Made by a program: the position numbers and the translations under genes. The notes below the pieces were generated by a model, which saw only the letters and a program-made list of their open reading frames with translations, was not told the DNA's origin and did not search any database. Below are positions 48,437-58,261 of a stretch of DNA of 64,000 bases, piece by piece. Every line of letters begins with the position of its first letter. The stretch's first letter is position 1. Location: the NCBI GenBank assembly GCA_965220965.1, contig OZ244852.1, positions 832,001 through 896,000 on the forward strand. Direction: 5' to 3'. The stretch comes from Candidatus Marinacidobacterium sp. (GTDB lineage Bacteria > Acidobacteriota > Vicinamibacteria > Marinacidobacterales > Marinacidobacteraceae).

Positions 48437-51028
48437 ATGTCGCAGCTTCGCCGTTTCCGGTTCCGGGTCGCGCTCCTCGCCGTCGCTTCTCTGCTGGTCG
48501 CCGGGTTGGCCGGCGCGCAGGACGCGCCGCCGGCCATCCCGTCGATCGCGGACAAGACCTCCGGCATGACAGCGATCGACGGCTTCGTCCCGCTCCACTG
48601 GGACGAACGCACCGGGAAGATCTACGCCGAGCTGGGTCCGATGGAGGAGGAGTTCCTCTACCAGGTCTCGGCCGGTTCGGGCCTCGGCAGCAACCCGGTC
48701 GGTCTGGACCGCGGCCAGTTGAGCATGACGGCGGTGCTCCGTCCGATGCGGATCGGGCCGCGGGTGCTCCTCATGGAGCCCAACTACCGGTTCCGCGCGA
48801 TCAGCGACAACCCCGACGAGGTCCGCGCCGTCCGCGATGCGTTCGCGCCCTCGGTGCACTGGGGATTCCAGGTGGAGGCCGAGACCGGAGACCGGGTCCT
48901 GGTGGACATGACCGACTTCTTCCTGCGCGACACCCACGGCGCCATCGCCCGGCTGGCCCGCGCCCGGCAGGGGACCTACCGGCTCGACCGCGACCGCAGC
49001 GCCTTCTACCTGGAGAACACCAAGGGCTTCCCCGACAACACCGAGGTCGAGACCCTGCTCACGTTCACTTCGGACAATCCGGGACCGCTCGTCCAGGCGA
49101 CGGCCGCCAGCGGGGAAGCGGTGACGCTGCGCCAGCACCACTCGCTCGTCCGCCTTCCCGGCCCCGGCTTCGAAATGCGCATCGCCGACCCGAGGATCGG
49201 CGTGAACGGCCCGCAGTACATGGACTACGCGACCGCGATCGACGAGCCGATGACCGTCCGGCTCACCGCCCGGCACCGCCTCGAGAAGCGCGATCCCTCG
49301 GCGGAGCGTTCCGAGGTGGTCGAGCCGATCGTCTACTACCTCGACCGGGGCGCTCCCGAGCCGATCCGGAGCGCGCTCCTCGAGGGGGCCCGCTGGTGGA
49401 ACGAGGCGTTCGAGGCGGCCGGCTTCATCGACGGCTACCGGGTCGAGGTCCTTCCGGAAGGCGCCGACGCCCAGGACGTCCGCTACAACATGATCCACTG
49501 GACGCACCGGCGAACTCGCGGCTGGTCCTATGGCGGTTCGGTCCAGGACCCGCGCACCGGGGAGATCATCAAGGGGAACGTGAACCTCGGGAGCCTGCGG
49601 CTGCGGCAGGACCACCTCCTCGGGGTCGGCATGGTCGCGCCGTATGTCGGGGGCTCGGGCGCCGCGCCGGCCGGCCACGACCACGGGATGCACGGCCTTC
49701 CGCCGGACCCCGGCGGCCCGCACTCCTGCGGCCTCTCCGCGACGCCGGGATTCGGGTATCTGGCGCAGATCAGCCCGGACGCCGACCCGGTGGAGCTGGC
49801 GCTGGCCCGCGTGCGGCAGCTCTCCGCCCATGAGGTGGGCCACACGCTGGGATTCCCGCACAACTACATGTCGTCCACCTACGACGGCCGCGCCAGTGTC
49901 ATGGACTATCCGGCGCCGCTGGCGACGCTGGAAGACGACGGGACGGTCTCGCTGAGCGACGCCTACGGCGTCGGCGTGGGCTCCTACGACATCCTCTCGG
50001 TCCGCTGGGCCTACGCCCACGTCCCGCCCGCCGAGACTGCGGCCACGCTCGACCGGATCATGCAGGAAGGGCTCATGGCGGAGACCCGGTTCATGGCCCA
50101 CACCGACAACTACATCGGGGCGGGCGCGCACCCGCTGGCCTCCGTCTGGGACAACGGCGGCGATCTGGTCCGCCACCTCGGCCGCGAGATCGACATCCGG
50201 CAGGCGGGTCTGGACGCCTTCGGCGAGCGCGTGATCCGGGTGGGCGAACCGATGTCACGGCTCGAGCCGGTTCTGATGCCGCTCTATCTCCACCACCGCT
50301 TCCAGATGAAGGCGGCGATGAACACCATCGGCGGGCAGGAGTACTACTACGCGGTCCGGGGCGACGGGCAACGCCCGGTGAACGCCGTCCCCGGCGACCG
50401 CCAGCGCGAAGCCCTTGACACCGTCCTGAGGACGCTCGACACGAGCTTCCTGGCCCTTCCGAGGCGCATCGTCGAGATGATCCCCCCGCCTGCCTACCGG
50501 GAGCGGGGAACGGAGACCTTCGACGGGCACACCGGCGTCGTCTTCGACCCGCTGGCGGCGGCGGACACTTCCGCCGACTACACCGTCGAGCTGCTGCTCC
50601 ACCCCGAGCGGATGGCGCGGCTGGTGAACAACCACGCGCTCGACCCGGACCAGCCCGGACTGAGCGAGGTCCTCGACCGGCTCACAGAGGCCACCTGGGG
50701 AGAGGACGAGCCGGATGACACCTACCACCGCGCCGTCCAGGACGCCGCCGAGCGCAGCGTGCTGAACGGGATGATGCGGGAAGCGCTGAACCCGGACAAC
50801 CCGGCGCGCGTTCGCGCCGTCATCGAGGACCGGCTCGTCGCCCTCGGAGAGAGCCTGGGCGAGATGGACGACCGCAGCCCGCACGAGGAGCTGGCGTGGA
50901 TGGACATCGACCGCTTCCTCGACCGGGACGACAGTCTCGACCCCAACGCCCGCCGTCCGGCCCTCCCGCCGGGCTCCCCCATCGGCGGCGCCTCGGCGTC
51001 AGGGGAGCGCATCCACCCGGGCCACTGA
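48437..51028 (+). CDS. Exported zinc metalloprotease (DUF5117/DUF4953, EcxA-like metzincin)
   Basis: Signal peptide; 'PIVYYLD','WNEAFE','DPRTGEI','HEVGHTLGFPHN','SVMDY'. Confidence 0.9.
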   Translation: MSQLRRFRFRVALLAVASLLVAGLAGAQDAPPAIPSIADKTSGMTAIDGFVPLHWDERTGKIYAELGPMEEEFLYQVSAGSGLGSNPVGLDRGQLSMTAVLRPMRIGPRVLLMEPNYRFRAISDNPDEVRAVRDAFAPSVHWGFQVEAETGDRVLVDMTDFFLRDTHGAIARLARARQGTYRLDRDRSAFYLENTKGFPDNTEVETLLTFTSDNPGPLVQATAASGEAVTLRQHHSLVRLPGPGFEMRIADPRIGVNGPQYMDYATAIDEPMTVRLTARHRLEKRDPSAERSEVVEPIVYYLDRGAPEPIRSALLEGARWWNEAFEAAGFIDGYRVEVLPEGADAQDVRYNMIHWTHRRTRGWSYGGSVQDPRTGEIIKGNVNLGSLRLRQDHLLGVGMVAPYVGGSGAAPAGHDHGMHGLPPDPGGPHSCGLSATPGFGYLAQISPDADPVELALARVRQLSAHEVGHTLGFPHNYMSSTYDGRASVMDYPAPLATLEDDGTVSLSDAYGVGVGSYDILSVRWAYAHVPPAETAATLDRIMQEGLMAETRFMAHTDNYIGAGAHPLASVWDNGGDLVRHLGREIDIRQAGLDAFGERVIRVGEPMSRLEPVLMPLYLHHRFQMKAAMNTIGGQEYYYAVRGDGQRPVNAVPGDRQREALDTVLRTLDTSFLALPRRIVEMIPPPAYRERGTETFDGHTGVVFDPLAAADTSADYTVELLLHPERMARLVNNHALDPDQPGLSEVLDRLTEATWGEDEPDDTYHRAVQDAAERSVLNGMMREALNPDNPARVRAVIEDRLVALGESLGEMDDRSPHEELAWMDIDRFLDRDDSLDPNARRPALPPGSPIGGASASGERIHPGH

Positions 51029-51038
51029 GCGGCTCACG

Positions 51039-51070
51039 GGACCTCCCGGAGCCAAGACTCCGGGAGTTCC
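51039..51070. terminator. Hairpin between convergent protease and helicase genes
   Basis: GGAcCTCCCGGAG-ccaaga-CTCCGGGAGtTCC: 9-bp perfect stem plus 3 bp after one mismatch. Confidence 0.45.
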
Positions 51071-51101
51071 GCTCCGCGGTCAGAGGTTCAGGTCCGCCCA
51101 C

Positions 51102-54100
51102 CTATCCGCGGGATAGCGCCTGTTCGATCTCATTCAGGGCGAATTTGCGGTTCAGGTGTGGGTGCAGCCACTGATTCCGATAACTCCTGAGGCACCCATA
51201 GCAGCTCGCGTCGCAACCGCAGTCGCCGCGCACACGCGTTCGCGCAAGTTCCAGCACGAGGCGGAAACTCTCCCTGTTGGTGAGTTGGCCTACGAGTCCA
51301 GCGCCGCCAGGAACATCGTCGTAGAGAACCACTCCGTCCACGGTAAGGGTGACGTTCAGGTCGCGTTCGGGGACGGCAACGGCATCGGCAGCTCCATGGA
51401 GAAGCGCGTACCCGAGCGAATACCGAACCCACTTCTGGCGCCCCGGCAGCTCAACCTTGACCACATCTGTGACAAGCTCGTGACCCAACGCGTAGCTGGA
51501 GAAGGTACCTCGGCAGGGACGCCCGTCCGCTGTCTTGTGGCCGCGCGCCCGTGGGTTCGCGTCGTGTAGTCCGCAGTCCTCGCACAGCAAGAAGTTGCGC
51601 TGACCCTGACCCTCACAGAGAACCACTAACCTGCCTGGCAGAGCCTCTGCGACATCGAGCCCGAAGAGTCTCTTCTTGTGGGCCTTGCGCGCCCCAGCGG
51701 AATACCCCTGGAAGAACGGCTTCGTCGTATACTGACGGCGCGGTCGGCGCACCGGAGGGCGTGGGTCGGTCTGGAGGTCGGTAGTAAAGCCCCAACGTGG
51801 GACGAGATAGCGACCTGAGTACTGTGCACCTTCCTCCTTCTCCGCGTCATTTGAGGATTCGAAGGCGCCCTCCTCGTTCCAGAAGTACCAGCGGACGGTG
51901 GGAGCCTGCCCCTCGACCCTCCGAATACCCACAGACTTCCACTCCAGCTTGTCGGCGACTACGCTGCTCCCAGGCGCGTATTCGGCAAGCGCGAGTGAGA
52001 GATCACGGTCGAGCTCTATGTTCTGGCCATTCTTGGTCGCTCCCGTTTGCAGCTCGACCACATCCACCGGAAATCCGTATTTTGGGATGATGGCGTGTCG
52101 CGCCAGAAACGAAATCGCCATCTCCCGCTCCATCGCGTTCAATCGGTCCTCCAACCGATAGCGCCTCCTTCGTTCAGTGCGAGTGGCATTCAGATCCGCC
52201 AGGATCCGTTCGATCTGAAGATACTCGGCGCACCGATCGGCGACGGCGCGGGCGAGTCTGCTCTCGCTCCCGGTAAGCCGTCGAACCCATTTCTGTCCAT
52301 CGACCCCGACGCTCTCCCGCAGCGTCGCCGGAACGACGTCGTGCAGGACTCGCGGCAGCGCGTCGTCGTTGCGGCAGAACTCGCCGAAAGCATCACACAC
52401 ATCGGGGTGTCGCCAGTCCTCGCCAATGAAATCCTTGACTCGTCCGGCGCGAATACGATGCGCCGGCTGCCGGAAGAAGTGTGATAGGGCGACCGCGGTC
52501 ATGTGCCTTTGGACGATCTGAGGATTTGTCAGGCGAAGGATCGGCGGTCGGACCCGACCAGAGATCATCTCCTGCTGATGTCGGAAGTAGTGGAGGTCAT
52601 GGGAGTTGCGGCGACAGTAGGTGACGGCAAGACCTGCCTTCCCCCGCCGGCCGGCGCGGCCGACTCGTTGTGTGTAGTTGAACGGTTCGGGTGGCACGTT
52701 ACGAAGAAACGTCAGGCGAAGATCACCGAGGTCGACACCGACTTCGAACGTAGTGGACGAACTGAGCAGGTGCACCCGATCCCGCTGAAAATCGCGCTGG
52801 ACGCTGCGCGCTTCCTCCGGAGTCAACTGCGCTGTGTGTTCGGCCGTTCTGAAGTCTGCTGGAAGGTCCGATGCGAGGTAGAGGCGTCGGTAGTGGTTGT
52901 CCTCGTGCGTGCTCTTCACCCGACCGAGTCGTCCCGTGCAGCGAGGACGGGGACAGAGGCCGCGAAGGGCTATGGCAGTGACCCGGTCGCACCTACGACA
53001 CCGCCAGAGGTCGGATGACGAGGCCGGACGGACACGGAGCCACTCGGCGCGCAGCCGGAAGCCGTTAGTCCTGCGATCGATGGACAGGAGAGCGGCGCTG
53101 GACGAGCGTCGCGACTGAGCGACGAGGTGATCCCAGACACGAACCATCACATCTTGGGCGGCGAACACGGGGTCCGTCTCACCATTGACTAGTTTGGGAA
53201 GATAGTCGCGAACAAGGCCGCCCTGCGGTGAGCCCCACTGGCGCAGATGACGGCGTCCGTGCGGACGATCTTGGCTGAAGGCGAGTTGGGGCCTCTCTGG
53301 CTTTATGACGGACCACGTGGGCAGATCCGGATCGGTGGAGGGCAGCTCCACCGCGTCGTTTCTGAGGAACTCGGCGAGCAGCAATTGCAGGAGCGCACTG
53401 GCCTCCGCCGGGTTCAACCGCCAGGGAGTCTCCTGGAACACTGGCGGGAGATTCATGCCCGGAGGCAGTGCGACATGCCAGCGGCAGAGGCCGACCCCCG
53501 CCAGCGACAGCCGCGTGTCATCGGTCACGGCTTCACGAAGCACTGCCGCATAGGCATCTCTGTAGCGCTGTGCTCCAGTCTCCGACGGTGCGTGAACCCC
53601 CAGCTCCGACCGGACTCTCTCGAGTCTCTGCGCGAGATCGGCCACGGACAACTCGCAGTGACTCGCGCCACGCGGTGAAGCCTTCTGTCGAAGGGCGCGG
53701 AGCAACAGGTTGCGCGTGAGCAGAGTCCGGTAGGAGTCCTCCGCATACCAAGCAAAGAAAGCTGCGTCCTGTCGGCTATCCGCGAAGGCAAGGATCTTCT
53801 TCTCATCCTCGGGAAGAAACCGGTGCATGGCCGTAGCCAGAACGGCGTTGGGGGCGTCGGCGCCGTGGACGATCGCCTGAACGGGATCGCCAACGCCACC
53901 TCGGCTGTAGCTACAGACCGCGCACCTCTTCAGTTGATCCCGGTACTCCGGTTGCTGTCGGTTCTCACTCCGTTCAACACGGATCGCCGCTCCACAGCGG
54001 CACGTCAGCTCGTCGCTCAGCGCACCGCAGATACGGCAGAGCAGAAGGGAACCCTCCTCGGCGGGCAGGTAGAACTCGACCCCGAACTCCTCGCGCGACG

Positions 54101-55358
54101 GATCCCGGCAGGCTTCCAGGAGGAACCCTCCGGTACGGCGGCCAACGTAGTAGTGCTGGCCACACTCGCGGCACAGCGCTATCTCGATATAGGCCGACTT
54201 GCCAGCCTCATCCCCGACATGACCGCGGTTCAGCGTGACCCGGTCCTGCCCATGATGGTGATGCAGGAAAGCGCCTTCAAGCGCCCTTGCAAACACGTGG
54301 TAGCGACGTACGTGCGCACTCGTCCTGGCCCGTGTAGTGTCCTCCTGACCGAAGATCACGCACTCGGGAGCGAAGGGCTCACCGAACAGGGCACTCGCAA
54401 ATCGAGCCACGGATGCCCGAGCATCGGCATCGTGTGTCGACGCGATGGTGGCGCTCGTGGCGACGCATCGAAATGACCCCGACCGGCCGCCTCGCCGCAG
54501 TCGATTCGTGAGACGGCGCAGCAGCATCGCCATCTCGATCCCCCTTGCACCGCGATACATGTGCGCCTCGTCGAGGACCAGAAACCGCCAGTGAGCGGCC
54601 CGGCCGGCATCGAACAAAGGGCTGTCATCCGGCCGGAGGAGCAGATGCTCGAGCATCGAGTAGTTGGTAAACAGAAGGTGCGGCGGCCGCGCCCGCATAT
54701 CCTCGCGGAATACTGTTTCGCCGGGGAGCGCGCTCTCAGCGCGCGCGCGACCGTGCCGGCGTCGGTCTCTGATGTTCTCCGGTGTCTGCCCGATGTACTG
54801 TCCAAAGGAGAATCGGAAGTCGGAGCGGTCCGCAGCGAGGTTGCCGCAGAGCGCGCCGATCCGCTCGCGCTGGTCGTTGACCAGGGCGTTCATGGGATAG
54901 AGAACGAGGGCGCGGACGCCGGGGTCGCCCAGCGTGCCGGCCAGGTGTTCTCCGTAGAGGGAGAACAGAATGGGATAAAGGAAGCACTCGGTCTTCCCGC
55001 TGGCTGTGCCGCTCGCCACGGCGATGTTGGACTGTGCGAACGCGCTCTGTCGAATGGCCTCCTCCTGATGTGCATAGAGCGCGCCGGAGTGCAGAGCAGG
55101 TAAGAGCGCGCCTGCCCGGCCAGGAAACGCCGCCTCGGCGAGAGCGGGAGCCTCGACCCCGAGCCGAAAATACCGGCCGTATTCCGGAACAGGTTCGGTG
55201 ACCAGTGTGCCCTCGGCTTCGAGCGCGGTGCGGAAGGACTCGCGTAGTTGGGGATCTCGGAAATGGAAAGATGTTGTGAGGTACCTGAGGTAGCTCGAAC
55301 GCAGACGTCGGACCCACCCGGCGATCTCCGCGTCGGAATGGGGTTGGGTGACGCTCAT
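51102..55358 (-). CDS. Large SF2 DEAH helicase with Zn-binding motifs and C-terminal DUF1998 (DruE/MrfA-like)
   Basis: 'LYAHQEEAI','SGTASGKT','YPMNALVNDQ','TNYSMLE','LDEAH','TSAT','FADSRQDAA','TFEVGVD','QRVGRAGRR','YDDVPGGAG','CGCDASCYGCL'. Confidence 0.93.
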   Translation of the reverse strand: MSVTQPHSDAEIAGWVRRLRSSYLRYLTTSFHFRDPQLRESFRTALEAEGTLVTEPVPEYGRYFRLGVEAPALAEAAFPGRAGALLPALHSGALYAHQEEAIRQSAFAQSNIAVASGTASGKTECFLYPILFSLYGEHLAGTLGDPGVRALVLYPMNALVNDQRERIGALCGNLAADRSDFRFSFGQYIGQTPENIRDRRRHGRARAESALPGETVFREDMRARPPHLLFTNYSMLEHLLLRPDDSPLFDAGRAAHWRFLVLDEAHMYRGARGIEMAMLLRRLTNRLRRGGRSGSFRCVATSATIASTHDADARASVARFASALFGEPFAPECVIFGQEDTTRARTSAHVRRYHVFARALEGAFLHHHHGQDRVTLNRGHVGDEAGKSAYIEIALCRECGQHYYVGRRTGGFLLEACRDPSREEFGVEFYLPAEEGSLLLCRICGALSDELTCRCGAAIRVERSENRQQPEYRDQLKRCAVCSYSRGGVGDPVQAIVHGADAPNAVLATAMHRFLPEDEKKILAFADSRQDAAFFAWYAEDSYRTLLTRNLLLRALRQKASPRGASHCELSVADLAQRLERVRSELGVHAPSETGAQRYRDAYAAVLREAVTDDTRLSLAGVGLCRWHVALPPGMNLPPVFQETPWRLNPAEASALLQLLLAEFLRNDAVELPSTDPDLPTWSVIKPERPQLAFSQDRPHGRRHLRQWGSPQGGLVRDYLPKLVNGETDPVFAAQDVMVRVWDHLVAQSRRSSSAALLSIDRRTNGFRLRAEWLRVRPASSSDLWRCRRCDRVTAIALRGLCPRPRCTGRLGRVKSTHEDNHYRRLYLASDLPADFRTAEHTAQLTPEEARSVQRDFQRDRVHLLSSSTTFEVGVDLGDLRLTFLRNVPPEPFNYTQRVGRAGRRGKAGLAVTYCRRNSHDLHYFRHQQEMISGRVRPPILRLTNPQIVQRHMTAVALSHFFRQPAHRIRAGRVKDFIGEDWRHPDVCDAFGEFCRNDDALPRVLHDVVPATLRESVGVDGQKWVRRLTGSESRLARAVADRCAEYLQIERILADLNATRTERRRRYRLEDRLNAMEREMAISFLARHAIIPKYGFPVDVVELQTGATKNGQNIELDRDLSLALAEYAPGSSVVADKLEWKSVGIRRVEGQAPTVRWYFWNEEGAFESSNDAEKEEGAQYSGRYLVPRWGFTTDLQTDPRPPVRRPRRQYTTKPFFQGYSAGARKAHKKRLFGLDVAEALPGRLVVLCEGQGQRNFLLCEDCGLHDANPRARGHKTADGRPCRGTFSSYALGHELVTDVVKVELPGRQKWVRYSLGYALLHGAADAVAVPERDLNVTLTVDGVVLYDDVPGGAGLVGQLTNRESFRLVLELARTRVRGDCGCDASCYGCLRSYRNQWLHPHLNRKFALNEIEQALSRG

Positions 55359-55407
55359 CGATCCGTGGCGCGGAGCATCCGATCGCAGACCCGGGTCCAG
55401 GCGTGCC

Positions 55408-57957
55408 TCATCGGGACGTGAGGGCCCGAAGGGCCGCGACGGCGGCGTTGACGACGTGGGCGCGGGACCCGATGGAACGAACGCGAATGCTTCGGATGCC
55501 TGCGGTCTCCAAGAGCGCCCGTAGACGGCCACGGGCGTGAACGCCCGAGTCGGCGCTCGCGGGCCGCAGCAGAAGGCGCGAGGAGCCATAGGCGCCAACC
55601 GTGGCGCGCGGAATGGTGTTGTGGGAGATCGGGACGACGAACAGGGCGCGTCGAGCCCGATGCTCGGCCCGGGCACATGCTCTTCGAGGTGTGCTCTCGC
55701 ATGCGCGTCCGACGCCGAGTCGGCCGTTGCGATCACCCACGGCTACGAGCGCCACGAATCGTCGGTGTCGAGGCGCTACGGCCCGCCGTGAGAGCGGTCG
55801 GAGCGTGAGAAGGCGAGGGGTCAGCGCCGGTGGAGATTGGGAGGGGGACGGGTGGGAAGGAAGTTCGAGGAGGAGTGCCGGCAGAGTGTGCGAGCCAGCC
55901 CGTAGCCTGAGTTCCCCGGACGCTGGCTCGGATTGGACAGAGAGGAGGTCGGCGAAAGAGCCCAGCGGAATCGAGACGGCCGTCTTGTGCGGAAACTGGG
56001 CAGCAAGGCCACTGTCGGCCTCGTGGCGGTAGCGTCCGGGCTGACCGTCAGCGAAGGCCGCCTCGATCGTCCGCTCCGTGGGTGGCGCCAGAACCTCCAG
56101 TGCGGCGTGTCGCCGATAGGTTCGGCGAAGCGGTCGTCGCTCCCAGCAGGAGTCACCCGCCATCCGCCACCAGAGGCGCGGCAGATCCAGGACAATCGGG
56201 AGGCTGTCGTCGCCGTCGCGCAGTTCAAGGCGCACCCGATCGGTCTTGGGGGAGTACGGCACCCGCGCCTCTCGAGTGCGAACGGCCACATCGCGCGTGC
56301 CGGTGTTGAGCTGCAGCGACCGACCATGGCTGTCTTCGATCGTGATGTAGTCCTCGTCGCGGTCGTCTGGCAAGAGGAGTCGGAGACCCTCGAATGGCAG
56401 TCCGTTCACCAGAATCCTCTTGAGGCCTGGCCAGTAGCGGAACGTGGTCGTGTCGGCGAGATGAGTGTGGCCGCTCTGATACGTGCGAAGAAAGAACTCG
56501 CCGCGCCTGTTCCCAATGCGCACGGGTGTTGGCTGCTCTGTGAGTTCGAAGTTCTTGCCCTTCCACGGTTCGTCGGCTGGCCCCGCGTGGCGCCCGGCGG
56601 CGCGGGGGTGCTCCTCTCCGACGCGAGCCCAGACTATCCCGGGCGCGGGCCAGAGTCTGGGAGGATCCCCGACGAAGAGCTCATCGTCATCGCTGTCGAG
56701 GACCGTGGTCCCCTCGAGGCGCGCACTCTTGTCGGAGCCGACGGGATAGTCCCCAAGTGTGCCCAGGGAGTCGGCGTCGTCCGAGGGCCGGATTTCGTAG
56801 TGATGACAATGTAGGCTCGGATCCGTGCAGAGCTCCGACGCTCGGAACTTCTGTTGACTGCGCTTCCAATTCGGCGGCGCAAAGGCGAGGAAACGGCCAC
56901 GACGGAGGGTCCGTGAGAGCTCCCCGCGCAGGTCGGGCTCGGTTCCGGAGAGCCTGAAGAAGAGCGGTCTCTGGTTGTCGAACAGCGGAATGTCAAGCGG
57001 ATCTCCGTTCGATGGGAAAAGACGCACGGGCTGCCGCAACCGGGAGAGAAACAGGCGACCGTCCACCAGGTCCATTTCCTCGTTGCCCTGGGTCGCCCTC
57101 TCTATGTTGCGCTCGCGCGGAATCTCGATCACGACGCGCCATCGATTCCTGTGGCGCGTGCACTTCACGCGTACCGGAGGGAGACGCGGCCCGGTATCGC
57201 CGGTGGGGTTGGGGCGGCGCCGGGGACCGATGCGCCGAGGTTCCCCTGGCTGGCGCGGAAGTTCGTAGTCGAGCCGTGCGCGTGAGCGCCTGATTTCTGT
57301 CGCGTGTAGGGTGACTTGTCCAGGGGATTCCCGCCGCTCGTCGGCAGACTCCGCGCCGTCGTTCGACATTGGATCGGGAGGCGAAGAGTGGTCTCGATCT
57401 TCGTCCGCGCGGGCCGTGGACATACTGGCGTCGACGGCCAACCCGGCGCCTCTGGCCGGTCCTGGAGGGGGATGTTGATCGTGATGGCTGTGCGTGCTGT
57501 CCGGAGGACGTCGGAGTGCTTCGCTGGCGTCTGGCTCCGGAGAGTCGGGGGTGCTCTCCGGGAAGTGCTCATGGGCCGGCTCGTCGGTGTCCCCCTCGAC
57601 CAGGGGTGGCTCCTGGACTGAAGAGGCCACTGTACGGACGATGTCTGATGGTGCGTCAGGCGTCGCGCGTTCCAGATCGGGTGGCCGATTGGTCGATTTG
57701 GGCGGCGTCTCGAGGGTCGGCGAGTGGGGGCCGTCAGACACGGAGAGCTGCGGTGCGACGTGCGGCGCCGACGAGGTCTCGGCTTCGGATGAGGAAGGCG
57801 CCGGTGTCTTCTGGTCATGTGGGATCGTCCGGTGCGAGGCGCCCTTCAACGCGCCGTGGGTCCGAACCGCCGGCTCCCGCTCCACGGGAGGTCGCGGCTT
57901 GATCCGCACCCACGCCAACAGGCGCTGAAGCGGCGCGATGAGCCACCGGAAGGCCAT
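55408..57957 (-). CDS. 849-aa helicase-associated protein: amphipathic N-terminus, low-complexity linker, beta-rich unknown core, C-terminal ribosomal protein uS5-like domain
   Basis: AAGGAG RBS 13 nt before ATG; residues about 714-849 contain 'FVALVAVGDRNGRLGVG','TIP...G..GSSRLLLRPAS..SGV.A.G.LRALLETAGI...RSIGS'. Confidence 0.8.
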   Translation of the reverse strand: MAFRWLIAPLQRLLAWVRIKPRPPVEREPAVRTHGALKGASHRTIPHDQKTPAPSSSEAETSSAPHVAPQLSVSDGPHSPTLETPPKSTNRPPDLERATPDAPSDIVRTVASSVQEPPLVEGDTDEPAHEHFPESTPDSPEPDASEALRRPPDSTHSHHDQHPPPGPARGAGLAVDASMSTARADEDRDHSSPPDPMSNDGAESADERRESPGQVTLHATEIRRSRARLDYELPRQPGEPRRIGPRRRPNPTGDTGPRLPPVRVKCTRHRNRWRVVIEIPRERNIERATQGNEEMDLVDGRLFLSRLRQPVRLFPSNGDPLDIPLFDNQRPLFFRLSGTEPDLRGELSRTLRRGRFLAFAPPNWKRSQQKFRASELCTDPSLHCHHYEIRPSDDADSLGTLGDYPVGSDKSARLEGTTVLDSDDDELFVGDPPRLWPAPGIVWARVGEEHPRAAGRHAGPADEPWKGKNFELTEQPTPVRIGNRRGEFFLRTYQSGHTHLADTTTFRYWPGLKRILVNGLPFEGLRLLLPDDRDEDYITIEDSHGRSLQLNTGTRDVAVRTREARVPYSPKTDRVRLELRDGDDSLPIVLDLPRLWWRMAGDSCWERRPLRRTYRRHAALEVLAPPTERTIEAAFADGQPGRYRHEADSGLAAQFPHKTAVSIPLGSFADLLSVQSEPASGELRLRAGSHTLPALLLELPSHPSPSQSPPALTPRLLTLRPLSRRAVAPRHRRFVALVAVGDRNGRLGVGRACESTPRRACARAEHRARRALFVVPISHNTIPRATVGAYGSSRLLLRPASADSGVHARGRLRALLETAGIRSIRVRSIGSRAHVVNAAVAALRALTSR

Positions 57958-58261
57958 GCTCAGCCGAGGTCTCCTTGGGTGTGAGTTGGACCCAGCGCCG
58001 CGCGCGCTCCGGCGGCCGAGGCTCTCTTGAAGGGTGTGATCGGTGCGCGCGCCTGTCGTGCGAGATGCGAACCAGCCTCGGCGAAGAGGGACACGGCCCG
58101 ATTATGCGGCAGTCCCTCGTCTGCCGGTCGGCGGTCTGGGCTCCGGCCGGTCAGCCTGATGGACGCACGCGTCCGATCTCCGCCAGCCGCTCAGAGAAGG
58201 CGAAAACTTCGGACCCGACGCCTGCTCCAAATCGGCGCTCACCGCGCGGGGGCGGGCACAC

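Larger units (their letters stand above)
51071..58260. other. Putative horizontally acquired accessory/defence islet (boundaries approximate)
   Basis: Visibly lower GC and more A/T-ending codons than the flanks; no integrase or att repeat seen. Confidence 0.55.

Noticed and set aside
55359-55736. 126-aa N-terminal extension of the helicase in the ORF track
   Set aside because: Overlaps the uS5 domain in another frame and is low-complexity; ATG at 55358 is more plausible
55408-55818. Housekeeping rpsE gene
   Set aside because: In-frame with 713 upstream codons, no own start or RBS seen, no flanking spc-operon genes, and conserved loop residues lost; treated as a fused domain
43061-57957. Kinase and helicase module forming one system
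   Set aside because: Separated by about 6 kb of host-like genes (hflKC, PPTase, protease) and on opposite strands; kept as independent inserts
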